Shown here: positions 15,695 to 25,267 of the stretch, piece by piece
Layout of the letters: each line of letters begins with the position of its first letter
Numbering within the stretch: position 1 is the first letter of the stretch
From: Crocosphaera subtropica ATCC 51142
Lineage (GTDB): Bacteria; Cyanobacteriota; Cyanobacteriia; Cyanobacteriales; Microcystaceae
Length of the DNA: 32,000 nt
Assembly: GCF_000017845.1 (NCBI RefSeq)
Contig: NC_010546.1
Coordinates: 4,902,272-4,934,271 of the forward strand
Direction: 5' to 3'
Position numbers and translations under genes: made by a program
The notes under the pieces: generated by a model
The model's database searches: none
What the model was told of the DNA's origin: nothing
The model's input: only the letters and a program-made list of their open reading frames with translations

Positions 15695-18600
15695 ATGCAC
15701 CGCATAGCTGCTACCCCTGGAGGTTGGAATGCTGAGCAAGAAGGGGTTATCTTTATTGAACAAAATCCAGCACCTATTGTCTTTTTAAGCGCAGCAGATA
15801 CGGATATTCAAAGTTTAGCAACTTGTTTACCTTTCTTACCCGATCATTTCCCTGCAATACGCGCAACAAATATTTTACAATTACAACAACAGTTGAGTAT
15901 TGATACTTATGCTGACACAGTATTATGTAATGCTAAAGTAATTATTTTACGATTATTGGGAGGTCAATCTTATTGGCCTTATGGCTTAGAAGTTATTAAA
16001 GAAATTGCTGAATTAAATGAGATTACGCTCTTTATTTTACCAGGGGATGATCAGTTAGATGAAACCTTAATGAGTCATTCGACTGTTACTTTTTACCACA
16101 GTCATAAACTATGGTGTTATTTAACTCAAGGAGGACAAGAAAATTGGCTAAACGGCTTAAAATTTATCTCTGATCTTTGTTTGGAAACCAATTATAATCC
16201 TGCTGCACCGCATCTTGTTCCTGATTTTGGTATTTATCAGAATAATGTAGAAAATAATGCTAATTTTTCTAATGCTGTTATTCTCTTTTACCGTTCTCAT
16301 TATTTAGCAGGGAATCTACAACCCATTAATGCTTTATGTAAAAGTTTGTTAGATAAACAAATCAATCCAATTCCTATTTTTCTCTCTTCTTTGCGTGATC
16401 CTGATGTTCAAAATAAATTGATTGATTATTTTCAGTCTCGATGGGATCATCCTATTCAGTTGATTTTCAATACAACCAGTTTTTCTTTAGGCAAAATTGA
16501 TGATAATTCTTGCAGCAATTTATGGGAAACATTAGACATTCCTATCTTACAAGTTATCTTAAGTAGTGGAACAGTCGAACAGTGGAAAAATAGCTTTCAA
16601 GGATTAAATCCTAGAGATGTAGCTATGAATGTTGCGTTACCCGAAATTGATGGTAAAATAATCACTCGTGCTGTTTCTTTCAAGTCAGTAAAAACCTGGA
16701 ACGAAAACCTAGAAACTGATGTTATTGTTTATGAACCTGTAGAAGATAGAATCAATTTTGTAACCGAGTTAGGTGCTAATTTTATTCAGCTTAAACATAC
16801 ACCAATTCATCAGAAAAAAATTGCTCTAATTTTAGCCAATTATCCCAATAAAGATGGCAGAATAGCCAATGGTGTTGGTTTAGACACCCCTGAAAGTTGT
16901 ATCAAAATTCTGCAAGCATTACAACAAGAAGGTTACACTATTAAGGATATACCAAAAACCGGGGATGAACTCATAGAAAGGTTAACCCAAGGAATCACAA
17001 ACGATCCTGAAAGTCAAGAATTACGTCCCATTTATCAATCTGTTTCTTGTACAGAATACGAACAATATTTACAACGCTTACCCCTAGAAACTCAACAAGA
17101 AATTAGAGAACGTTGGAGTCATATTCCTGAAGTAAATAATGTTGCTGCTTATCCTATTTCTGGTATCCAATTAGGTAACATTTTCGTTGGGATTCAACCC
17201 TCTAGGGGTTATGATTTTGACCCTAGTTTAAACTATCATGCACCAGACTTAGAACCTACACCCCATTATTTAGCTTATTATTATTGGTTAAAACATCACT
17301 TTAAAGCAGATGCTATTATCCATGTGGGTAAACATGGTAACTTAGAATGGCTACCCGGTAAAAGTTTGGCATTATCATCAACTTGTTATCCAGAAATAGC
17401 GTTAGAAACTATCCCTAATTTTTATCCTTTTATTGTTAATGATCCGGGAGAAGGTTCCCAAGCAAAACGTCGTTCCCACGCAGTAATTTTAGACCATTTA
17501 ACACCTCCTTTAACCCGTGCAGAATTATATGGTAATTTGGAACAATTAGAAACCTTAATTGATGAATATTACGAAGCCCAAACCTTAGATCCCAAACGCT
17601 TACAAATAATCGGCGATCGCATTACCAAATTAGTAACAGAAACAAATCTCAATCAAGACTTAGGAATTAATGACGTAAATAAGGATAGCCTATCACAATT
17701 TTTAGCCCTTGCAGATGGTTATTTATGTGAACTCAAAGAAGCACAAATAAGAGACGGTTTGCACATCTTAGGAACTTGTCCCCAAAATCAACAATTGCGA
17801 GATTTAATTATCTCCATTACCCGTTATCCTAGTTTAGATAGAATGGGTTTAATTACAGCAATAGTAACAGATTTTGACTTAGATATTAATCCTTTAACTG
17901 ATAACTTAGATGAATTATTTTATTGCTCAAAGTTATCTCAAGTAATCCCCCAAGAAATTAGTTTGAAGTTAAAACAATGTCGTATACTTGGGGATATTAT
18001 CGAAGTCTTAGAAATCTACGCACAAACTTTAGTAGAAAATCTTATTGAGACTAATAATATTAAACAATTTAATCACTTACCTTATACCCAAAAAGAACTA
18101 AACTGGATCAAAACTTTTTTACTGCCAAAACTTTATCAAACCCCTCAAGAAATCACTAACTTATTGAAAGGATTAAATGGACAATATATCCCTAGCGGTG
18201 CATCTGGCGCACCCACCAGAGGTAGACCAGACGTTCTACCCACCGGACGCAACTTTTATTCTGTGGATATTCGTGCGATACCCACCCAAACCGCTTGGGA
18301 TGTGGGCAGAAAAGCAGCTGAAGCCCTCATCGAGCGTTATACTCAAGATAACGGAGAATACCCCCAAACCCTCGCTATTTCCATCTGGGGAACGTCTACC
18401 ATGCGAACCGGAGGGGATGACATTGCCCAGGTGTTAGCATTGTTAGGAGTACAACCGATCTGGGATGGCTTATCCCGTCGGGTGGTTGATTACGAAATCC
18501 TTAAACCGTCGGTGTTAGGGCGACCCCGTGTAGACGTAATGGTACGGGTATCGGGATTTTTTAGAGATAGTTTCCCTAACCTACTACAACTACTATATAA

Positions 18601-19450
18601 AGTGATCAAAGATGTGTCAAGTCTCCCTGAATCAAAAGATATTAATCCCTTAGCGGCAAAGGTACAGGAAGAAGAGACATTTTGGCAACAGCAAGGGTTA
18701 ACGGAAGAACAAGCAAAATTGAAGTCAGGTTATCGAATTTTCGGATCAAAACCTGGGTCTTATGGGGCTGGTTTACAGGGATTAATTGAAGCACAGAATT
18801 GGGAAAATGAGCAAGATTTAGCCAAGGCTTACATTAATTGGAGTTGTTACGCTTATGATCAAAATGGAGTGGGTCACGGTGTTCCAGAAGTATTTGAAAA
18901 ACGTTTAAAACAATTACAAATTGTCTTACATAACCAAGATAATCGAGAACATGATCTTTTAGATTCTGATGATTATTATCAGTTTCAAGGAGGGTTAACC
19001 GTTGCTGTGAAAGCGTTGACAGGTAATAATCCTGACACTTATTTTGGAGATAATGCTATTGGTGCTAATCCGAAAGTGAGACGATTAAAAGAAGAAATTA
19101 CAAGGGTTTATCGTTCCCGTGTGGTTAATCCCAAATGGATAAAAGGAGTAATGAGACATGGTTATAAAGGGGCGTTTGAAATGTCAGCAACCGTCGATTA
19201 TTTATTTGCTTATGATGCGACAGCAAACTGTGTAGAAGATTTTATGTATCAAGGAGTAGCAGAAGCTTACTTATTTGATGAGACAGTACAACAATTTATT
19301 CAAGACAAAAACCCTTGGGCGTTGCGAGATATGGCTGAAAGATTATTAGAAGCAAATCAAAGAGGGTTATGGCAAGAGGTTGATAGTAATACCCTGGATC
19401 AATTAAGGGCTATTGTGCATCATGCAGAGGGGAAAATTGAAGAAAATTGA
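15695..19450 (+). CDS. cobN: Cobaltochelatase subunit CobN
   Basis: 1251 aa of the CobN/Mg-chelatase-H family (e.g. HVGKHGNLEWLPGK). The length and the MHRI... N-terminus fit CobN rather than the roughly 1330-aa ChlH. cobU lies nearby. Confidence 0.85.
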   Translation: MHRIAATPGGWNAEQEGVIFIEQNPAPIVFLSAADTDIQSLATCLPFLPDHFPAIRATNILQLQQQLSIDTYADTVLCNAKVIILRLLGGQSYWPYGLEVIKEIAELNEITLFILPGDDQLDETLMSHSTVTFYHSHKLWCYLTQGGQENWLNGLKFISDLCLETNYNPAAPHLVPDFGIYQNNVENNANFSNAVILFYRSHYLAGNLQPINALCKSLLDKQINPIPIFLSSLRDPDVQNKLIDYFQSRWDHPIQLIFNTTSFSLGKIDDNSCSNLWETLDIPILQVILSSGTVEQWKNSFQGLNPRDVAMNVALPEIDGKIITRAVSFKSVKTWNENLETDVIVYEPVEDRINFVTELGANFIQLKHTPIHQKKIALILANYPNKDGRIANGVGLDTPESCIKILQALQQEGYTIKDIPKTGDELIERLTQGITNDPESQELRPIYQSVSCTEYEQYLQRLPLETQQEIRERWSHIPEVNNVAAYPISGIQLGNIFVGIQPSRGYDFDPSLNYHAPDLEPTPHYLAYYYWLKHHFKADAIIHVGKHGNLEWLPGKSLALSSTCYPEIALETIPNFYPFIVNDPGEGSQAKRRSHAVILDHLTPPLTRAELYGNLEQLETLIDEYYEAQTLDPKRLQIIGDRITKLVTETNLNQDLGINDVNKDSLSQFLALADGYLCELKEAQIRDGLHILGTCPQNQQLRDLIISITRYPSLDRMGLITAIVTDFDLDINPLTDNLDELFYCSKLSQVIPQEISLKLKQCRILGDIIEVLEIYAQTLVENLIETNNIKQFNHLPYTQKELNWIKTFLLPKLYQTPQEITNLLKGLNGQYIPSGASGAPTRGRPDVLPTGRNFYSVDIRAIPTQTAWDVGRKAAEALIERYTQDNGEYPQTLAISIWGTSTMRTGGDDIAQVLALLGVQPIWDGLSRRVVDYEILKPSVLGRPRVDVMVRVSGFFRDSFPNLLQLLYKVIKDVSSLPESKDINPLAAKVQEEETFWQQQGLTEEQAKLKSGYRIFGSKPGSYGAGLQGLIEAQNWENEQDLAKAYINWSCYAYDQNGVGHGVPEVFEKRLKQLQIVLHNQDNREHDLLDSDDYYQFQGGLTVAVKALTGNNPDTYFGDNAIGANPKVRRLKEEITRVYRSRVVNPKWIKGVMRHGYKGAFEMSATVDYLFAYDATANCVEDFMYQGVAEAYLFDETVQQFIQDKNPWALRDMAERLLEANQRGLWQEVDSNTLDQLRAIVHHAEGKIEEN

Positions 19451-19498
19451 TGGAATCAGTAGGGTTTAATAATATTAAACCAGTTCAAAAATATATTA

Positions 19499-19750
19499 TT
19501 AAGAATTATTTTCTATCATATATTTTTCTAATACGGCATTAATTAGGCTTTGATATTCTTGAGGAAACTGTTGTTTATACCAAGCAAAAACTGAGGGATC
19601 AAGCTTGAGAGTTACAGAAACTTTTATAGGGTTATTAACAGTAGCTTCTTTCCAAAATTCAGTCTCAGTCGCAGGTATATCCGAATAATCTATATCAGAT
19701 TCTTTCATCTGACCACGGATCTTTAATTGTTCCTCTCGTGACATAGGCAT
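19499..19750 (-). CDS. brnA: BrnA-family antitoxin (COG3514)
   Basis: 83 aa. DIDYSDIPATETEFWKEA...VSVTLKLDPSVFAWYKQQ...YQSLINAVLEKYM matches the BrnA pattern. Lies immediately downstream of a BrnT-like reading frame. Confidence 0.8.
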   Translation of the reverse strand: MPMSREEQLKIRGQMKESDIDYSDIPATETEFWKEATVNNPIKVSVTLKLDPSVFAWYKQQFPQEYQSLINAVLEKYMIENNS

Positions 19751-20006
19751 AATAAATACTCCTTTCCTGTTTATTAGTGCGTCTTGTAGATATGAGTCGT
19801 ATTTTTTCTCCTCGCAGGGTATAGACTATAACTAGGATAAATTCTCCTAAAAGTCCTAACGCAATTAATCTTTTTTCACCGTAGTCTTTTCTATTATCAG
19901 GTTTTGATATTCAGACTCCTGAAAACACTTCTTTGGCAAAATTAAAATCAATCCCGTGTTTTTCAATGTTGATTTTGTTTTTTGGGTCATCCCACTCAAA
20001 CTCCAT
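19695..20006 (-). pseudogene. brnT: BrnT-family (DUF497/COG2929) toxin gene interrupted by an in-frame TGA
   Basis: My translation from the ATG at 20006..20004 (minus) gives MEFEWDDPKNKINIEKHGIDFNFAKEVFSGV, then TGA at 19913..19911. The same frame continues ISKPDNRKDYGEKRLIALGLLGEFILVIVYTLRGEKIRLISTRRTNKQERSIYY..., ending with a stop at 19697..19695. Both halves match the BrnT consensus (EWDxxKxxxNxxKHGxxF ... YGExR ... RIIS.R). Confidence 0.7.
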
Positions 20007-20094
20007 CTTTTAATTTTAACTCCATAAACTAAAAACTGAGACTGCGATCACAGTTTTTAAAAATATCAATAGGGATAGAGTACAATTAATTTAG

Positions 20095-20706
20095 ATGAGG
20101 ACTTATGGAAAAGTAAAAACTATCACATCAATTATGGTAACAAATAATCAATTCTTTTATATCTCTCCAGAAACCTATTCAGAAGGGGAAAGAGTCAGTC
20201 CTATCAAACATGAATATCGAAAGGGACAAGTTTATGCAATGGTAGGGGCAAAAAAGTCTCATATTGTTTTAGGTGCAAATTTAACAACCCTATTAAATAT
20301 TCACCTTGCAGATAGTCCCTGTCTGGTTTTAAATTCAGATATTAAGGTGAGATTAGAAGAAGCAAATTGTTATTATTATCCAGATATTGCTGTTGTTTGT
20401 GATGAAAGGGAAATTAATAACACCGATGATTTTATTCTTTATCCTGTTCTTTTAATAGAAGTATTATCAAAATCAACAGAAGCATTTGATCGAGGTCAAA
20501 AATTCAGTGATTATCAAACTTGTCCCACTTTAAAAGAGTATGTTCTCATTCATCAAAATGAAATGAAAATTGAATGTTATTATCATAATGAGTCAGGAAA
20601 TTGGACAGAAAAAATATATCAAGTAGGGGATGAAGTAGAGTTTTTTAGTATTAATTATCGTGGTTCAATTGAAGCTATCTATCGTAAAGTTCCTGGGTTA
20701 ACATAA
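20095..20706 (+). CDS. Uma2-family (DUF820) PD-(D/E)xK endonuclease
   Basis: Typical Uma2 pattern: KHEYRKGQVYAMVGAKKSHIVLGANL, YYPDIAVVC, PVLLIEVLSKST, KFSDYQ...LKEYVLI. The alternative ATG at 20134 (MVTNNQ...) would give the more usual 190 aa. Confidence 0.85.
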   Translation: MRTYGKVKTITSIMVTNNQFFYISPETYSEGERVSPIKHEYRKGQVYAMVGAKKSHIVLGANLTTLLNIHLADSPCLVLNSDIKVRLEEANCYYYPDIAVVCDEREINNTDDFILYPVLLIEVLSKSTEAFDRGQKFSDYQTCPTLKEYVLIHQNEMKIECYYHNESGNWTEKIYQVGDEVEFFSINYRGSIEAIYRKVPGLT

Positions 20707-21206
20707 TGACTAGAAAAATAATTATTGGAGTCATGGGGCCTGGAGACTCAGCAACCGAAATAGATATTAAAAACGCCTACGAATTAGGAAAATTAATTGC
20801 TCAACAAGACTGGATTTTATTAACAGGAGGTCGTAATGTAGGAGTTATGGATGCGGCCAATAAAGGGGCAAAAGAAGCAGGGGGATTAACCATCGGTATT
20901 TTACCATCAAATCATACTAAAAATGTTTCTGATGCTGTTGATATTGCTATTCTAACTGACTTAGGAAATGCTAGAAATAACATTAATGTTTTATCATCAG
21001 ATATCATTGTTGCTTGTGGAATTGGGTTAGGAACCGTATCAGAAATAGCTTTAGCCCTCAAAAATAGAAAACCCGTTATTTTATTAAGTGAATCTCCAGA
21101 AAGTCAACAATTATTTAAAAGTTTTGCTCCTAACTTAACCTTTATTGCCGTAGATATTCAGCAAACAATGAAGCAAATTAAAGAAATTCTAGAAATAGTA
21201 AACTAA
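20706..21206 (+). CDS. TIGR00725-family protein (SLOG/LOG-like Rossmann fold)
   Basis: IIGVMGPG..., LLTGGRNVGVMDAANKGAKEAGGLTIGILP and GIGLGTVSEIALAL (GxGTxxE) are LOG/SLOG signatures. The ATG overlaps the Uma2 stop (TAATG). Confidence 0.8.
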   Translation: MTRKIIIGVMGPGDSATEIDIKNAYELGKLIAQQDWILLTGGRNVGVMDAANKGAKEAGGLTIGILPSNHTKNVSDAVDIAILTDLGNARNNINVLSSDIIVACGIGLGTVSEIALALKNRKPVILLSESPESQQLFKSFAPNLTFIAVDIQQTMKQIKEILEIVN

Positions 21207-21224
21207 CGTTTATTTTAAACTGTA

Positions 21225-21767
21225 CTAAAATTTGTCTACAGGGTTTCCTAATAAAGTTAAATTAAGGGCGTGTCCTCCTGTTACTAAATAAGTGGTATCT
21301 ACCATCACTCCTAGTTGACGAGTCAAATATCCCAAGCGATCGCGGAATAATCTCCCTAAAGGATAGGCAGGAACGACTCCCCACCCTGTTTCCTCGGCAA
21401 CAAAAATCAGGTCTACTGAGGCTTGTTGAATACTGGTTAATAACCGTGTTGCGATCGCCTCCCAACTTTCCTCATCTTGTTCTAATCCATTAGCCACCCA
21501 AGTCCCCAAAGAATCAATTAAGAGGCAATGGGGAGGGTTGGCCTGTTCAATGGTTAAACAGAGATCATAGGGAACGGATAGGGTTTGCCAGTGAGAGGGA
21601 CGACGACGACGATGTTTTTCGATACGTTGTTGCCATTCAGAATCATCGAGGTTTTCTAAGGCAGTGGCCACATAAATAATGGGTTTATTGCATCTATGGG
21701 CCAACCTTTCGGCCCACTCGCTTTTTCCTGAACGACTCGGTCCCGTCACTAGAATATGTTTAGGCAT
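21225..21767 (-). CDS. cobU: Adenosylcobinamide kinase / adenosylcobinamide-phosphate guanylyltransferase
   Basis: 180 aa. P-loop VTGPSRSGKSEWAE. A CobU/CobP-like C-terminal region (AEETGWGVVP...RLFRDRLG). Confidence 0.9.
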   Translation of the reverse strand: MPKHILVTGPSRSGKSEWAERLAHRCNKPIIYVATALENLDDSEWQQRIEKHRRRRPSHWQTLSVPYDLCLTIEQANPPHCLLIDSLGTWVANGLEQDEESWEAIATRLLTSIQQASVDLIFVAEETGWGVVPAYPLGRLFRDRLGYLTRQLGVMVDTTYLVTGGHALNLTLLGNPVDKF

Positions 21768-21770
21768 TAA

Positions 21771-22817
21771 TTATCCATGATTGCGATGTTGATGATCTTG
21801 GATAAAGGACTCAACTAAACTAACATCTTCTTTAGAACCAATCACCAGAGGACTTCTGGCATGGAGTTTATCAGGCACAACGTCTAAGATGGGTTTCAGT
21901 CCATTACTGGCCTTGCCTCCTGCTTGTTCAACTAAAAAGGCCAAGGGCGCACTTTCGTATAATAAGCGTAATTTTCCTTCTGGTTTCTTAACGGTTCCAG
22001 GATATAAAAATACGCCCCCTTGCATCAAAATACGGTGAATATCTCCCACTAACGCCCCACTATAACGGGCGGTATAGCCTTCATGTCTATGAACATAACG
22101 GGTATAGTCTCTAATGGCATCATCCCACTGCCAGAAGTTGCCTTCATTGGTACTATACACGGGTCCGTGATCAGGAATTTGTATATTTTCTTGTGCTAGG
22201 ATAAATTCTCCTAAACTGGGGTCAAGCAAGAAGGAATGAACCCCGTGACCAATGGAATACACCAACATAGTAGACGGTCCATAGACAATATAGCCGGCCG
22301 CTATTTGTTCCCGTCCATCTTTTAGTAAATCATTGCCTTCTCCGTCGAGATCATCCTCTTTTTGTTGACGAATGGCAAAAATTGATCCCACGTTTAAATT
22401 AATATCTACATTAGACGATCCATCAATGGGATCATAAAGCAGAGTGTAACGACCAATGGGACAATTTTCAGGAATATAATAGGGTTTGTCCATCTCTTCA
22501 GAGGCTAAACGACAGACTAAGCCACTTTGTTTAAAAACGGAGATAAATACATCATTCGCATAGACATCCATCTTTTTGACGGACTCCCCTTGTACATTGG
22601 TTTCTCCGGTAAATCCTAAGACATCAGCCATCAAACCAGCCCGACTGAGACGACGGGCTACCAGTTTTCCTGCTAAGGCAATGCGGTTCATAATCGCACT
22701 GAGATCCTGTGCTTCAGGGGAAAAACTTTGAAGTTGTTGTAAAACGTGACGTGAAAGGGTGGTGCAGTCACGATCAAGACTATGTTCTGGGACGGCAGGA
22801 GTTTGTAAACTGGTCAT
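21771..22817 (-). CDS. fbp: Class 1 fructose-1,6-bisphosphatase
   Basis: Metal-binding motif [11 protein letters not shown], also YSTNEGN and GGVFLYPG. The ORF-track start at 22829 is a TTG. The first ATG, at 22817 (MTSLQTP...), is more likely. Confidence 0.9.
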   Translation of the reverse strand: MTSLQTPAVPEHSLDRDCTTLSRHVLQQLQSFSPEAQDLSAIMNRIALAGKLVARRLSRAGLMADVLGFTGETNVQGESVKKMDVYANDVFISVFKQSGLVCRLASEEMDKPYYIPENCPIGRYTLLYDPIDGSSNVDINLNVGSIFAIRQQKEDDLDGEGNDLLKDGREQIAAGYIVYGPSTMLVYSIGHGVHSFLLDPSLGEFILAQENIQIPDHGPVYSTNEGNFWQWDDAIRDYTRYVHRHEGYTARYSGALVGDIHRILMQGGVFLYPGTVKKPEGKLRLLYESAPLAFLVEQAGGKASNGLKPILDVVPDKLHARSPLVIGSKEDVSLVESFIQDHQHRNHG

Positions 22818-23186
22818 AATAAAAGTCAAAAATTTACACTATCAACAGGCTGTGTTACTTCAGAGGTTAGCGGAATTATTGAGGCTAATACTAATTTTAA
22901 TCAAGAATAGTAAAATTCCCTGATAACTTTAGATGAATTTCAGGTTAGGTTAATGTTTAATTTTTGTTCATCACGGACTTTAACTCCAGACTAGAATTAA
23001 ATCAAACTATTTTCAGTGATTAAGCGATTGTGACAGAGGGTATGGTGGTTTTTAAACTTTGTTTGAGAAAATAAAAAATTTGTATTCTAATGAAACTTTT
23101 GTCTAAAAATATGGGTTTAATAAGATGAGAATCCACTATAAAACATTAAGTTAACTGGTGGATAGGCTTTAATTCCCTGAATAGAT

Positions 23187-24947
23187 ATGAATAAAAAAAT
23201 TGCTATTGTTTTAACTGGTACGACTGCTCTTAGTGTGGGAATCTTATTTCCTACTAACGCTGCTGAATTTCGCAGTATGGATGGCACTAATAACAATGTC
23301 AACAATACTACTGTTGGGTCAGTCGGTAGTAATTTAATTCGTCTGTCAGGGGTTGCCTACGATGATGGCCTGTCTATCCCCAGAGGGGGTTTAAATTCAA
23401 GCGTTTTACCCAGTCCTCGTGCCATTAGTAATGCTATTGCTGCTCAATCTGTTTCTATTCCCAACGCATCAAAAGTAACAGATTGGGTGTGGCAGTGGGG
23501 CCAGTTTCTTGACCATGATCTCAGTTTAAGTCCCATTGGTACCGAAGAACCCTTTAATATACCCTTTAATATAGCTGTCCCTTCTGGAGATCCCGATTTT
23601 GACCCCTTTAATACGGGAACTCAAGAAATTAGCTTAAATCGCTCGATTTATGACAATAGCATCGGAACTGATCTCCCCCGTCAACAAATTAACGAAATTA
23701 CTGCTTACATCGATGCTTCTAATATTTATGGTTCAGATAATGATCGCATTAATCTTCTTCGGACGAATGATGGCACTGGAAAACTGATTGCAGATACAGC
23801 CAACAATGGGGAAAAGTTGTTGATGTTGAATAGAGTCGGATTACCTAACGATACTGGGGGTGATCCTGATGCTGCCAACTACTTTGTGTCAGGGGACATC
23901 CGCGCTAATGAACAAATAGGACTCTTAGCCACTCATTCCCTATTTATGCGAGAACATAATCGTATTGCTGATGATCTTAAAACCCGTCTCGATAATGGGG
24001 AAACCGCTTTAGTCAATAAATGGCAGGAGTCTGGTCTAAGTGAGGGAGATTTTATCTTTGAGTCAAGTCGTAAAGTTGTTGGCGCACAAATGCAAGTAAT
24101 TACCTATAATCAATGGTTGCCCGTTGTTTTAGGGGAAACTGCTCTAGACAATTATAGTGGTTACAATGATCAGATTGATGCAGGAATTGCTACGGAATTT
24201 TCCTCGGCGGCTTTCCGTTTTGGTCATACCATGTTGTCCCCCGAACTGCTCAGAGTTGATAACAATGGCAAGATAGTTACATCTTTATCCTTGCGAGATA
24301 GTTTTTTTAACTCTGATGACGTGTTAGAGAATGGTATCGATACCCTGTTAATGGGTTTAGCCTCTCAACAAGCTCAAGAATTGGATACCTTTTTGATAGA
24401 TGACGTGCGTAATTTTCTGTTTGGACCTCCTGGTGCGGGGGGATTCGATTTAGCTTCCCTGAATCTACAACGAGGCCGAGATCACGGTATTCCCGATATC
24501 AATACCGTTCGTTTAGCATTGGAATTAACCCCTTACAATACCTTTTTAGAACTGACTGGGGGGGATCTAGATTTGGCCACTGCCTTTGCCAGTGTTTATA
24601 ACGATATTAATGAAGTGGATCTGTGGATTGCTGGTTTAGGAGAGAAGAAAGTCAATAGAGGTTTATTAGGGGAAACCTTTAGCCGTATCGTGATTGATCA
24701 ATTTACTCGCAGTCGGGACGGCGATCGCTTTTTCTATCTTAACGACCTCGATCATCTCAATATTTTAGACCCGACCCTCGAAACAGTCACCCTTTCTGAA
24801 ATTATTCGCCGTAATAGTACCATTCAGACCATTCAAGATAATGCTTTTTTGATGCCTTCAGTTCCTGAACCTGATACTAAGCTAGGACTACTGATGCTGG
24901 TTTTATTGAGTTTAATCGGATGTCGTTTCCGTGGTGGGAATCCATAA
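23187..24947 (+). CDS. Animal-haem-peroxidase-family (peroxidase-cyclooxygenase superfamily) protein with a signal peptide and a C-terminal PEP-CTERM anchor
   Basis: FRSMDGTNNN start. Distal site WGQFLDHDLS, RANEQ...HSLFMREHNR, proximal FRFGHTML and NLQRGRDHG. The C-terminus VPEPDTKLGLLMLVLLSLIGCRFRGG has the PEP, TM helix and basic layout of a PEP-CTERM sorting signal. Confidence 0.85.
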   Translation: MNKKIAIVLTGTTALSVGILFPTNAAEFRSMDGTNNNVNNTTVGSVGSNLIRLSGVAYDDGLSIPRGGLNSSVLPSPRAISNAIAAQSVSIPNASKVTDWVWQWGQFLDHDLSLSPIGTEEPFNIPFNIAVPSGDPDFDPFNTGTQEISLNRSIYDNSIGTDLPRQQINEITAYIDASNIYGSDNDRINLLRTNDGTGKLIADTANNGEKLLMLNRVGLPNDTGGDPDAANYFVSGDIRANEQIGLLATHSLFMREHNRIADDLKTRLDNGETALVNKWQESGLSEGDFIFESSRKVVGAQMQVITYNQWLPVVLGETALDNYSGYNDQIDAGIATEFSSAAFRFGHTMLSPELLRVDNNGKIVTSLSLRDSFFNSDDVLENGIDTLLMGLASQQAQELDTFLIDDVRNFLFGPPGAGGFDLASLNLQRGRDHGIPDINTVRLALELTPYNTFLELTGGDLDLATAFASVYNDINEVDLWIAGLGEKKVNRGLLGETFSRIVIDQFTRSRDGDRFFYLNDLDHLNILDPTLETVTLSEIIRRNSTIQTIQDNAFLMPSVPEPDTKLGLLMLVLLSLIGCRFRGGNP

Positions 24948-24960
24948 TACTTTGGTTAAG

Positions 24961-25001
24961 GGTGAATAGTTCAACGTTCAACTATTCACCGTTTTGTTTT
25001 T
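24961..25001 (+). terminator. Rho-independent terminator of the peroxidase gene
   Basis: GGTGAATAGTT-CAACGTTC-AACTATTCACC forms an 11-bp stem, followed by GTTTTGTTTTT. Lies 14 nt after the stop codon. Confidence 0.75.
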
Positions 25002-25267
25002 CTGGATTCACTTAATTCCTCACATCTTGCCTCCGAACAACTAAATTTAATGACCGAAATAAAAAGAGAGCATTGAATTTGGCTATGAGAATCATAAATT
25101 GTCAAGGGATAAGTGTTGATTTACAAATAAATTAACATTGTATATAATAACTTAATAGATGTAATGTCAGATGTAGCTTAAGATTAAGCATTAAAAAAAC
25201 TTCCAAAAACATCATTCTAGCTGAGTCAAAAGAGTTTATTAGTAAACGTATACATCAATACAAAAGA

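Noticed and set aside
15695-19450. Alternative call as Mg-chelatase subunit ChlH
   Set aside because: The length (1251 aa against roughly 1330 aa for ChlH), the N-terminus and the nearby cobU favour CobN. It should still be confirmed by alignment.
19463-19481. Palindrome GGTTTAATA-A-TATTAAACC between cobN and brnA as a terminator
   Set aside because: It is an AT-rich stem with almost no loop and no flanking U-tract on either strand. That is too weak to call.
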